Shown: positions 45,597 to 54,917 of the stretch, one piece after another
Position numbering within the stretch: the first letter of the stretch is position 1
Layout: every line of letters begins with the position of its first letter
NCBI GenBank assembly: GCA_041662565.1
Contig: JBAZSE010000001.1
Location: 65,084 to 129,083, forward strand
Direction of reading: 5' to 3'
Length of the DNA stretch: 64,000 nt
Source of the DNA: Patescibacteria group bacterium
GTDB taxonomy: Bacteria; Patescibacteriota; Patescibacteriia; UBA1558; UBA10009
Notes under the pieces: generated by a model
The model's input: only the letters and a program-made list of their open reading frames with translations
The model's database searches: none
What the model was told of the DNA's origin: nothing
Program-made: the position numbers and the translations under genes

Positions 45597-46775
45597 ATGT
45601 TTAAAAAAAATATTTATTTGGATCACGCCGCAACAACTTATTTGGATCCCAGGGTAGAAAAAGCCATGCGGCCCTTTTGGTCAAAAAAATTTGGCAACCC
45701 CTCTTCTTTGTATTATTTGGGTCGAGAAGCCAAAGAGGCGATTAACACCGCCCGCCTTCAGGTTGCTCAAATTTTGGGTTGTGGCCCGGAAGAAATTATT
45801 TTTGAGGGTTCGGGCACCGAATCAATCAATCACGCTTTAATCGGCACGGCCTTGGCTAATCAAGCGCGGGGCAAGCACATTATTACCTCGGCCATTGAAC
45901 ACCATGCCGTTTTGCATGCCTGTCAATTTTTAGAAAGCCAAGGTTTTGAAGTAACTTATTTACCCTCTGATCATCAAGGTTTGGTAAATTTGGAAATGTT
46001 AACAGAAGCTATTCGTCCGGAAACTATTTTAGTTTCCATTATTTACGCCAACAACGAAATCGGCACAATTCAACCAATTCAAGAAATTTCCAAATCAATC
46101 AAATTAGCCAATCCGTTGGTTTTGTTTCATATGGATGCTTGTCAGGCCGCCGGCTATTTAAGTTTGAACGTTCAGGAATTAGGCGTTGATTTAATGAGTT
46201 TAAATGGCAGTAAAATTTACGGGCCAAAAGGCACTGGTGTGCTTTATGTTAAAAAAGGCGTGGCCATAATGCCAATTATTCATGGCGGAGAACAAGAAAA
46301 CAGCCAAAGAGCCGGTACCGAAAATGTGGCAGGTATTGTCGGGTTGGCTTGCGCCTTAAAGTTGGTTCAGCAGAATAAAGAAAAGGAATCAGCCCGTTTA
46401 TTAAAGTTGAGAGATAGGTTAATTGTCGGTTTGCTAAAAATGCCTAATGTTATTTTAAACGGGCACGCTATTAATCGCTTGCCGGGCAATGTTAACATAA
46501 CTGTTGCAGGCGTTTCCGGAGAAAAGCTGGTTTTAGAATTGGATAAATTGGGCATTGCTTGTTCTACCGGTTCTGCCTGCACTTCAGGGAGCGTTGACCC
46601 ATCGCATGTGATTATCGCTCTTGGCCAAAGTTACGAGGCCTCACGCGGATCATTAAGATTAACGCTGGGGCATGGCAATTCGGAAAAAGATATTGATTAT
46701 GTATTGCGAGTTTTACCTAAGCTGATAAAAAATATTAATTTAAATATTGATCAAAAAAAATATGAGGACAAATAA
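45597..46775 (+). CDS. iscS: Cysteine desulfurase (IscS/NifS group I)
   Basis: YLDHAATT, NNEIGTIQP, KIYGPKG, STGSACTS. Confidence 0.92.
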   Translation: MFKKNIYLDHAATTYLDPRVEKAMRPFWSKKFGNPSSLYYLGREAKEAINTARLQVAQILGCGPEEIIFEGSGTESINHALIGTALANQARGKHIITSAIEHHAVLHACQFLESQGFEVTYLPSDHQGLVNLEMLTEAIRPETILVSIIYANNEIGTIQPIQEISKSIKLANPLVLFHMDACQAAGYLSLNVQELGVDLMSLNGSKIYGPKGTGVLYVKKGVAIMPIIHGGEQENSQRAGTENVAGIVGLACALKLVQQNKEKESARLLKLRDRLIVGLLKMPNVILNGHAINRLPGNVNITVAGVSGEKLVLELDKLGIACSTGSACTSGSVDPSHVIIALGQSYEASRGSLRLTLGHGNSEKDIDYVLRVLPKLIKNINLNIDQKKYEDK

Positions 46776-47694
46776 AATTACTATTTTAGGAGCGGGCAGT
46801 GTTGGCTGCAGTACAGCTTTTAGTTTGATGCATCAAAAAGCTATCGGCGAAATTGCTATTATCGATTTAAACCAAAAAACACTAGAAGCCCAAGTGCATG
46901 ATTTGGCCGATGCCATTCCCGTTTTAGGCAAAGTTAAAGTTAAGGCAGGCACTTACGCAGATATTAAGGATTCACAAATCGTGGTGGTGGCTTGTGGTGC
47001 GGCTCAAGTATCCGGGGCGCAGTCGCGCTTGGATTTGGTTAGCATCAATGCCAAGATTATGAAAGAGATTGTGCCGAAAATTTTTAAGCAAAATCCCAAA
47101 GTTTTGTTAATCATGGTTACTAATCCGGTGGATGTGTTAACGCAAATTGCTATTAGTTTGTTTCCCGATAAAAAGAAGCAGATTTTTGGCACAGGCACGC
47201 TGTTGGATACGATGCGCTTAAAATATTTTTTGGCAAAATTTTTATCGGTTGATTCATCTACTGTTGATGCTTATATGGCCGGCGAGCATGGCGATAGTTC
47301 GGTTGCTTTTTGGAGCACGGCAAAAATTAACGGTAAAAAATTGGTTAATTTTTCCAAGCTTAATAATTTACAGCGCCAAAAAATAGATTTGGCTGTTAAA
47401 AAATCCGCTGCCGAAATTATTGCCGGCAAAGGCGCCACTTTTTACGGCATTGGCGCGGGCACTGCTTATTTAATTTCATGTTTACTCTCAGGCAAAAAAA
47501 CCACTTTGCCACTTAGCCACCTAATGAACGGGGAATACGGTTTAACGGATGTTTGTTTAAGTGTGCCAACCGTGATAGATAAATCCGGGATTGTTTCCAA
47601 GGTTATTTTGCCGATTTCCCCTGCCGAAAAACAGCTTTTGCACAGTTCGGCCGCAAAATTAAAAGAAGTTTTTAAGCAAGCTTTAAAGGTTTAA
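46762..47694 (+). CDS. ldh: L-lactate dehydrogenase
   Basis: GAGSVG, GAAQ (Gln at the specificity position), SRLDL, NPVD, GTLLDT.R, GEHGDS. Confidence 0.85.
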   Translation: MRTNKITILGAGSVGCSTAFSLMHQKAIGEIAIIDLNQKTLEAQVHDLADAIPVLGKVKVKAGTYADIKDSQIVVVACGAAQVSGAQSRLDLVSINAKIMKEIVPKIFKQNPKVLLIMVTNPVDVLTQIAISLFPDKKKQIFGTGTLLDTMRLKYFLAKFLSVDSSTVDAYMAGEHGDSSVAFWSTAKINGKKLVNFSKLNNLQRQKIDLAVKKSAAEIIAGKGATFYGIGAGTAYLISCLLSGKKTTLPLSHLMNGEYGLTDVCLSVPTVIDKSGIVSKVILPISPAEKQLLHSSAAKLKEVFKQALKV

Positions 47695-47742
47695 ATAACC
47701 GTCAACTATTTGATTTTGGCTAAGGTTGGGGCGGTTTTTATT

Positions 47743-47822
47743 TTATCCACAAGCAAAATAGAAAAATACCATATCTTGTGTTATAATTTCTAATGGACTA
47801 CTAGATGTAGTAGTTATCCACT
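47743..47822 (+). promoter_or_regulatory. nrdJ control region: two NrdR boxes, two DnaA boxes, extended -10
   Basis: TTATCCACA 47743; ATACCATATCTTGTGT 47766 and CTACTAGATGTAGTAG 47798 (32 bp apart); TGtTATAAT 47779; TTATCCACT 47814. Confidence 0.8.
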
Positions 47823-47916
47823 TCTGCCGTTTAACTAGCTTTTGGCTAATCGAGCGGCCAGGCGGTTTTGCTGGTTTATCGAACTTCTCTTAAAAACCAG
47901 CCTTTAAAAGGGTCTA

Positions 47917-48094
47917 TGAGATAGTTGTAAAACTGTTTTTACTGCAATTTTATATTTTTGGCTACGACTTCGTCAGATTTCGTAAAAATATTTTCACCGT
48001 AATGCTATTACGGCTCAAATATTTTTACTCATCTTCCTTGTCTCGCCTAAAAATCTGAAATTTCGTTTAAAAAAACAGTTTTACAACTATCTCA
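47917..48094. mobile_element. MITE-like full-length palindromic element (178 bp)
   Basis: 24-bp perfect terminal IR tgagatagttgtaaaactgttttt; inner arms gtaaaaatattt/aaatatttttac and ccgtaat/attacgg. Confidence 0.75.
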
Positions 48095-48172
48095 AACATA
48101 ACTAGTTTCTTAGTTATATTTTTTTCTCTCTAAATTCTTTAAAAAATTACCAAATTATAACCCCCAAAAACT

Positions 48173-51094
48173 ATGGCCAACCCCATGCCTGAAGTTGAAA
48201 ACAACTCCAAAGATCAAGTAACCGATTTTCCTTTTAGCGCTGAGCTAAAAGTTGATGGTGCATTTAATAGCCAAGAAGCCAATAAAGATAATGCTTCTTT
48301 TTATTTTAAAAAAACCGATTTAGCGGGCTTGGATTTTAAGCGCCGTTATACCAAGGCAGGGGCTCATCCTTACGAGGAAATAAATTGGCAACAGCGCGAT
48401 GCGGTAATTACCAGTGATAAAGGGGAAATTGTTTTTTCGCAAAAAGACGTGGAAGTGCCCAAGGGTTGGTCGCAAACCGCTACCAATATCGCCGTTTCTC
48501 ATTATTTTAGGGGCAGGATCGGTACCAGTGGGCGCGAAATAAGCGCACGTCAAATGATTGATCGGGTGGCTAAAACCATTACCCGCTGGGGCCAAGATCA
48601 GGGTTATTTTAAAACCGTAGAAGATGGCCAGATTTTTGAACATGAATTAACTTATATTTTAATCAACCAACACGCGGCTTTTAACAGCCCGGTTTGGTAC
48701 AATGTGGGCGTGGAAGAACATCCGCAATGCAGTGCTTGTTTTATCAATTCCGTCCAAGATGACATGCGTTCCATTTTAAATTTAGCCGTCACCGAAGGTA
48801 TGCTGTTTAAATACGGTTCCGGCACCGGCACCAATTTATCCATTTTGCGCTCCAGCAAAGAACAGCTGGCCAATTCCAATGGCAAGGCCTCGGGTCCTGT
48901 TTCTTTTATGAAGGGCTTTGACGCTTTTGCCGGTGTGATTAAATCGGGCGGTAAAACCCGCCGGGCGGCCAAAATGGTTATTTTGGATATTGAACACCCG
49001 GATATTGAAGAATTTATCAACTGCAAATCCAATGAAGAAAAAAAGGCCTGGGCCTTAATTGAAATGGGCTACGATGGCTCGTTAAACGGCCCGGCTTACG
49101 GTTCCATTTTTTTCCAAAACGCCAACAACAGCGTCCGCGTAACAGATGAATTTATGAGAGCGGTGGAAGAAAACGGCCAATGGCAAACCAAGTATGTTAA
49201 AACCAAAGAAGCGGCCGATACTTACCAAGCCAGGGATTTAATGAAGCAGATTGCCGAAGCCGCTTGGATTTGCGGCGATCCCGGTATGCAGTACGATACC
49301 ACCATTAACCGTTGGCATACCTGCCCTAATACCGATAGGATTTACGCTTCTAACCCTTGCTCCGAATACATGTTTTTAAACGATAGCGCTTGCAATTTGG
49401 CTTCCATTAATTTAATGAAATATAGGCAGGATAGCGGTGAGTTTGATGTGGAGGGTTTTAAACATACGGTGAGCATTATGTCTACGGCTATGGAAATTTT
49501 GGTGCCTAACTCCAGCTATCCCACCCCGGCAATTGAGCAGAATAGTTTGGACTACCGTCCTTTGGGCTTGGGTTACGCCAACTTGGGCGCTTTGTTAATG
49601 AGCAACGGCTTGGCTTATGATAGCGATTCCGGTCGCAATTTTACCGGCGCGGTTACCGCTTTACTGAACGGCTGGGCTTATTTGCAATCGGCTAAAATTG
49701 CCGGTGTTAAAGGAACCTTTAAAGGTTATGCCCCCAACCGCCAACCCATGTTGAATGTCATGAAAATGCACCGTGATGCTTCTTACAAAATCAAGGAAGA
49801 TGGAGTTTTTCCGCACTTAATGTCTTCAGCCAGGGATGCTTGGGATCAGGTTTGCGCACTTGGCGAAATTAATGGTTTTAGAAATGCCCAGGCAACGGTT
49901 TTGGCGCCAACCGGCACTATTGGCTTTTTAATGGATTGCGATACTACCGGCATTGAACCGGATATTGCTTTGGTTAAGTACAAGTGGCTGGTGGGCGGCG
50001 GCATGATGAAGATTGTAAATTCCACCGTGCCCTTGGCCCTTAAAACTTTGGGTTACAGCCCCGAGGATGTGGATAGCATTTTGGATTATATTGATAAAAA
50101 CGATACCATTGAAGGAGCGCCTAAATTACTGGACGAGCATTTATCGGTTTTTGATTGCGCTTTTAAAGCCAAAAAAGGTAAACGCTATATCCATTACATG
50201 GGCCATGTAAAAATGATGGGCGCCGCCCAACCATTTTTATCCGGTGCTATTTCCAAAACCGTTAACATGCCCGAAAACGCCACAGCCGAAGAAATTGCCG
50301 GCGTGTATTCGGAGGGTTGGAAGCTGGGGCTTAAGGCCATTGCCATTTACCGCGAAAATTCTAAACGCAGCCAACCCTTAACCACTTCACTAAAAGAAAT
50401 TTCTACCAAAGAATCTGCCGTCAAGGCCGAGGTCTTGCGCCCCAAGAGGCGCAAACTGCCCGATGAAAGAGCGGCTATTACCCATAAGTTTTCCATTGCC
50501 AATCATGAGGGCTTTATCACCGTTGGCTTGTACGAAGACGGTTTGCCGGGTGAACTGTTTATTACTATGTCCAAAGAGGGTAGTGTAATTTCCGGGTTAA
50601 TGGATTCGTTTGCCACTTCCATTTCCATTGGTTTGCAATATGGCGTGCCATTAAAGAGCTTGGTTAATAAATTCGTTCATACCCGTTTTGAACCGTCGGG
50701 CTTTACCAACAATCCCAACATCAGAATTGCCAAATCCATTGTTGATTATATTTTCCGCTGGTTGGCCTTAAAGTTTTTATCGGCCGAAGAATTAATGTAC
50801 GTAGGCATTAACGATATTGAAGTGGCCTTAAACGGCAATGGCAAAAGCCCGCTTGAGAAATTAACCAAAATGGCCGATGAGCAGGCCTTAAAGCATGATA
50901 AGCATGCCAATGAAGCTGAAGAGGATGTTGTTTATCAGCAAACAGCTTTGGATTTAAACAAAAATTTGGATGATAAAATGACCTTTGATACCCAATCCGA
51001 TGCGCCGGTTTGCGGCACTTGCGGTTCAATGATGATTCGTTCAGGCGCATGCTACAAGTGTATGAATTGCGGGGGTTCCAGCGGGTGCAGCTAG
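48173..51094 (+). CDS. nrdJ: Adenosylcobalamin-dependent class II ribonucleotide reductase with TSCPD domain
   Basis: FNSPVWYN, QCSACFI, SNPCSEY, APTGTIG, SKTVNMP, C-terminal CxxC...CxxC...GCS. Confidence 0.96.
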   Translation: MANPMPEVENNSKDQVTDFPFSAELKVDGAFNSQEANKDNASFYFKKTDLAGLDFKRRYTKAGAHPYEEINWQQRDAVITSDKGEIVFSQKDVEVPKGWSQTATNIAVSHYFRGRIGTSGREISARQMIDRVAKTITRWGQDQGYFKTVEDGQIFEHELTYILINQHAAFNSPVWYNVGVEEHPQCSACFINSVQDDMRSILNLAVTEGMLFKYGSGTGTNLSILRSSKEQLANSNGKASGPVSFMKGFDAFAGVIKSGGKTRRAAKMVILDIEHPDIEEFINCKSNEEKKAWALIEMGYDGSLNGPAYGSIFFQNANNSVRVTDEFMRAVEENGQWQTKYVKTKEAADTYQARDLMKQIAEAAWICGDPGMQYDTTINRWHTCPNTDRIYASNPCSEYMFLNDSACNLASINLMKYRQDSGEFDVEGFKHTVSIMSTAMEILVPNSSYPTPAIEQNSLDYRPLGLGYANLGALLMSNGLAYDSDSGRNFTGAVTALLNGWAYLQSAKIAGVKGTFKGYAPNRQPMLNVMKMHRDASYKIKEDGVFPHLMSSARDAWDQVCALGEINGFRNAQATVLAPTGTIGFLMDCDTTGIEPDIALVKYKWLVGGGMMKIVNSTVPLALKTLGYSPEDVDSILDYIDKNDTIEGAPKLLDEHLSVFDCAFKAKKGKRYIHYMGHVKMMGAAQPFLSGAISKTVNMPENATAEEIAGVYSEGWKLGLKAIAIYRENSKRSQPLTTSLKEISTKESAVKAEVLRPKRRKLPDERAAITHKFSIANHEGFITVGLYEDGLPGELFITMSKEGSVISGLMDSFATSISIGLQYGVPLKSLVNKFVHTRFEPSGFTNNPNIRIAKSIVDYIFRWLALKFLSAEELMYVGINDIEVALNGNGKSPLEKLTKMADEQALKHDKHANEAEEDVVYQQTALDLNKNLDDKMTFDTQSDAPVCGTCGSMMIRSGACYKCMNCGGSSGCS

Positions 51095-51150
51095 AAGAAT
51101 TTGACAATGTTAAGAAAAGGTTTAAGATAATAAAGCATTTTGAAAATAAT

Positions 51151-51270
51151 TTTTAGTCAGGCAACAAGGTGAGCTATCAATCGATGGCAATTCCTTGGCA
51201 GTCGCGCTACTGTAATCCGCCGTAGCTCGTGTTAACGAGCGTAGGCGGAAAGCCAGAAAACTGATTGAAA
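51151..51270 (+). ncRNA. Cobalamin riboswitch (compact variant)
   Basis: P1 tttagtcag/ctgattgaa; caaggtg...aattccttg; gctACTGTAA; B12 box AAGCCAGAA; upstream of B12 uptake and adenosylation genes. Confidence 0.8.
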
Positions 51271-51343
51271 TACATAAGAACCGATTTTCTCTTCGCGTAC
51301 CAAAGAGAAGCGGGCTTGCCTAAATCAGTTGAATTTGATTTTT

Positions 51344-51388
51344 AGCCCCTTTCTTTAAAAACGTGCGAAGAAAGGGGTTTTTGTTTTT
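51344..51388 (+). terminator. Riboswitch expression-platform terminator
   Basis: cccctttctt...aagaaagggg plus T-tract; tcttcgcg (51290) can pair with tgcgaaga as an antiterminator. Confidence 0.75.
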
Positions 51389-51408
51389 ATCAAGTAAAAA
51401 ATAATTTC

Positions 51409-53196
51409 ATGAAACAAAAAAAAATGTTCTTGGTAATCGCGCTTATTACCAGTTTAATTATTCCCTCTGGTTTGATCAAAGCCGAAGTTAACCAGGCAAC
51501 CATAAATTATTTGCAAAACGCCAGCCAAAGCGCTTGGATTACCCAGGCTCTAAAAGCCGCGGGTAGCAATAATTTAAATTTGGATTATTTGGCAGATTTT
51601 GAACCGGCTAACGCCAATGATGCGGCCAAGGCAGTTTTGGCGATTATTGCCGGCGGTGGCAATCCTTACAGTTATCATGGCGATAATTACGTTGGTGGGT
51701 TGTTAAGCTACGCGCAAAACAATCAGATCGGTTCTACTTCTTTGATTAATGATGATTTTTGGGGCATTTTGGCGCTAAGGGCTGCAGGTGAGCCAGTTGA
51801 TTCGGCCATTATTGTCGGTAGTAAAAATTTTATCCTAGCCGCGCAAAATAATGATGGCGGTTGGAGCTGGGCGCCTGATTCCGAAAGCGATACCAATGAT
51901 ACCGCCGCCTCTATTATGGCTTTACTGGAGGCAGGGCTTAATAACGATTCCCAAGATATTCAACAAGCCATTAATTATCTGCGAGAAGCGCAAAATGAAG
52001 ATGGCGGTTTTCCTTTTTCTTCCGGCGAATCGGATTCCGGTTCCGATGCTTGGGTAATTGCCGCTTTAAATAAATTGGGCATTAGCCCCGAAACTTGGAG
52101 TGTTGGCAATAACAATCCAATTGCCCATTTGGGGTCATTAATGCTTAATGACGGATCTTTTAAATGGCTTTCTTCGGATAATCAGGGCAACTTAACTATG
52201 ACGGCTTTTGCGGCCGTAGCTTTAGCGGGTAAATTTTTCCCCGTGGCAACATATCAACCCCCGGCCGATCAGAATCTTCATCATTTAAGAATTGAAGGTG
52301 CCACCAGCACTATTTGTAATGCCCAGGTGGAAGGACAAACAGCGCAACAAGTTTTGGAAAACGGCGCCGAAATTTGCAACTACACTTACCATATTCAAAC
52401 TACCGATTGGGGCCCTTATTTGGATAAAATAAATAATGATCAAGCCGAGGGCCAAAACGGTTGGTTGTATCGGGTTAATTGGTTAAGCGCCCAAGTAGGG
52501 ATGGCCAATTATAATTTAGCAGCCGGAGATGAGGTGTTGTTCTATTTTGCCTATTGGGAAGATCAGCCCTTGCGCCTTTCTTTAAGTGCCTCGCAAGCTA
52601 ACCCCGGAGATAATATCACGGCCACGGTGGAATATTTTAATGAACAATCATGGCTGCCGGCAGTTGGCACATTGGTGCTGGTTGCTGATCGCGAATACCA
52701 AACCAACAATCAGGGGCAAGCGATTTTTTCTGCACCCCAAGATGGCAGTTATGTTGTTTATGCCCAAGGCGATCATAAAGTTCGTTCACCCAAACAGGTT
52801 TTAATTGTGGGACAAGGTAGCGCCAATGGTGTGGTTTTAAACGTGGATGTTGCCAATAACGCGCCTGTAGAGCAAGAAGAAGAAAACGCCGGCGCTTTGG
52901 TTTTTAGAGTTAATGTTGATCATTTGGATTTTGGCAGTTTGCGCCCGGGCGGACAGTTAAACCGCAGTTTAACCATTACCAACCAAAGCGCCGATAATAT
53001 GTATTTGGAAGGTATAGTTTCGGGCGATGCTTTGTTTGAAAATAATGTGATGCTGGATGATCAAATTTGGGAAAATTACAATAAAACCTTAGCCAGAAAT
53101 GAAGCCGTAAATATTGGAGTTAAATTAATCGTGCCGCAAAATTACAGTAATGGCCATTATAGCGCCAATTTGGTTTTATGGGGTTCGGCCCGTTAA
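51409..53196 (+). CDS. Secreted protein: alpha/alpha barrel (prenyltransferase-like repeats) + DUF4430 transcobalamin-like domain + Ig-like domains
   Basis: Signal peptide; QNNDGGWS and QNEDGGFP repeats; GPYLDKIN...GWLYRVN...VG...L..GDEVLFY. Confidence 0.8.
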   Translation: MKQKKMFLVIALITSLIIPSGLIKAEVNQATINYLQNASQSAWITQALKAAGSNNLNLDYLADFEPANANDAAKAVLAIIAGGGNPYSYHGDNYVGGLLSYAQNNQIGSTSLINDDFWGILALRAAGEPVDSAIIVGSKNFILAAQNNDGGWSWAPDSESDTNDTAASIMALLEAGLNNDSQDIQQAINYLREAQNEDGGFPFSSGESDSGSDAWVIAALNKLGISPETWSVGNNNPIAHLGSLMLNDGSFKWLSSDNQGNLTMTAFAAVALAGKFFPVATYQPPADQNLHHLRIEGATSTICNAQVEGQTAQQVLENGAEICNYTYHIQTTDWGPYLDKINNDQAEGQNGWLYRVNWLSAQVGMANYNLAAGDEVLFYFAYWEDQPLRLSLSASQANPGDNITATVEYFNEQSWLPAVGTLVLVADREYQTNNQGQAIFSAPQDGSYVVYAQGDHKVRSPKQVLIVGQGSANGVVLNVDVANNAPVEQEEENAGALVFRVNVDHLDFGSLRPGGQLNRSLTITNQSADNMYLEGIVSGDALFENNVMLDDQIWENYNKTLARNEAVNIGVKLIVPQNYSNGHYSANLVLWGSAR

Positions 53197-53279
53197 GAAA
53201 ATATATGCTGACATATAAACTCCTCGGCTCGGAAAGGCAAAAGCAAGAGCTTTCGCCTTTCTCTCGCTCTACGTCGTTT

Positions 53280-53825
53280 ATGAAAAAAATTTTACTACTA
53301 TTAGTTATTCCCGCTTTTATTTTAGGCATTGCCCAAATTGTTTTAGCGGCCGGTGTGGCTGTTAATCCGGATAAGCTTAATTTTGATTTAGCTGCCGGGC
53401 AAGAACAAACCAAAAGCGTGGTGGTGGAAAACATCTCCGATCGGCCGGTGCTGTATAATATTTATGTAGATGAATTAGCTGATCAAATTTATTTGGCGCC
53501 GGCAAATTTTAGGTTGGAGGTTGGGCAAAAAAGGCAGGTTAAAGTAAAAGCTAACCCGCGCCATAAAGGTCTGTTTGCCACCAATTTATCCATTGTGGTA
53601 ACAGATTTGGACAGGCGAACTTTTAATGTTTCAACCGGTGTTAAGGTGCCGATTACTTTACAAGTTGGCCCTGCCGTAGGATTTGTTTTGCCTCAAGTTA
53701 TCGGTAAAATTTCTTTTTTACTAATCCCTTTGTTAAGCGCGGTTATTATTATTTTGGGCATAATGTTAAAAAAGAAAAAACATTGGTGGCAAGCAATAAT
53801 CAGTAAATTTAAAAAACATGGTTAA
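53280..53825 (+). CDS. Membrane-anchored Ig-like surface protein
   Basis: Signal peptide from ATG 53280, GVAVNPDKL Ig-like domain, C-terminal TM and basic tail. Confidence 0.7.
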   Translation: MKKILLLLVIPAFILGIAQIVLAAGVAVNPDKLNFDLAAGQEQTKSVVVENISDRPVLYNIYVDELADQIYLAPANFRLEVGQKRQVKVKANPRHKGLFATNLSIVVTDLDRRTFNVSTGVKVPITLQVGPAVGFVLPQVIGKISFLLIPLLSAVIIILGIMLKKKKHWWQAIISKFKKHG

Positions 53826-54402
53826 CAATTCAGTAAAACCAGCTCAAGTATCTAGCGAACTTAGTCGAGGCAGAATCCAGGTGTATACCGGGCATGGCAA
53901 GGGTAAAACAACTGCTTCCTTGGGTTTGGCAATAAGGGCTTTGGGTCGGAATAAAAAAGTTGCCATTATTTATTTTGATAAAGGCGGTGATCATTACGGC
54001 GAAAGAAAAATTTTGGATAAGCTTTCGGGCGATTTTCTTCAATATCATGTTACCGGTGCCGAGCGGTTTGATCCTGTTGCTAAAACTTTCCGTTTTGGCG
54101 TAGAAGAGACAGATAAGCAGGAAGCCAATAGGGGTTTGCAGCTGGTTGAGGATTTTTTTAAGCAAGATAACTTGGATTTGCTTATTTTGGATGAAATTAA
54201 TTCCACAATCGCCTTGGGTATGCTAAAATTGGATGATGTTTTGCCGGTTTTAGCAAACAAACCAACCACTTTAGAATTAATTTTAACCGGCCGTGATGCG
54301 CCCCAAGCCATTTTGGATGTAGCCGATCTGGTTACGGAAATGAAATTGGTTAAACATTATTTTTACGATGGCCAGGAAGCCAGAGAGGGAATTGAGTATT
54401 AA
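53818..54402 (+). CDS. cobO: Cob(I)alamin adenosyltransferase (CobO/BtuR)
   Basis: QVYTGHGKGKTTA, ILDEIN, LTGR, ADLVTEM..VKHYF...AREGIEY. Confidence 0.93.
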   Translation: MVNNSVKPAQVSSELSRGRIQVYTGHGKGKTTASLGLAIRALGRNKKVAIIYFDKGGDHYGERKILDKLSGDFLQYHVTGAERFDPVAKTFRFGVEETDKQEANRGLQLVEDFFKQDNLDLLILDEINSTIALGMLKLDDVLPVLANKPTTLELILTGRDAPQAILDVADLVTEMKLVKHYFYDGQEAREGIEY

Positions 54403-54440
54403 TTTTTTAATTATTAATTTATAATGTTAATATAAAGTGT

Positions 54441-54890
54441 ATGAAAAATATTAAATTTATTGTTATAGCCGTTATTTTTTTCGCCGCAGGTTTTTTATTG
54501 GGCCAAAGTTATCAATTGCCCGAAAATTTTAAGCTGGTTTCCGATCAAACCCAAAATCAGGAAACGACGCTTAAGCCCCAAGTTACTTATCTGTTAAAAT
54601 TTTCTCCTGTTGAAGCAACAGAATTTCAGCAAGTGGATATTGCAGCCCCTCAAACCGTTTTGGCTGTTCTTGAAAAATTAACAACCGCCAATACTCTGGA
54701 ATTGATTACCAAAGATTATCCATCAATGGGAGTTTTGGTGGAAAAAATCGGCGATAAAACCAATGGCCAGGATAATAAATATTGGCAGTATTATGTTAAT
54801 GGCGAAAAGCCACAAATAGGCGCTGATCGTTTTAATTTAAGCGGCGGGGAACTGGTGGAGTGGAAATTTGAAGAATTTATCAGTGAATAA
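54441..54890 (+). CDS. Membrane-anchored DUF4430 (transcobalamin C-terminal-like) protein
   Basis: MGVLVEKIG...YWQYYVNG...GAD...L.GGE.VEW. Confidence 0.85.
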   Translation: MKNIKFIVIAVIFFAAGFLLGQSYQLPENFKLVSDQTQNQETTLKPQVTYLLKFSPVEATEFQQVDIAAPQTVLAVLEKLTTANTLELITKDYPSMGVLVEKIGDKTNGQDNKYWQYYVNGEKPQIGADRFNLSGGELVEWKFEEFISE

Positions 54891-54917
54891 GCTATAAACA
54901 AGTAATTTAGAATCATT

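Noticed and set aside
47743-47822. Replication origin
   Set aside because: Only two DnaA boxes, interleaved with NrdR boxes in front of nrdJ; no dnaA context.
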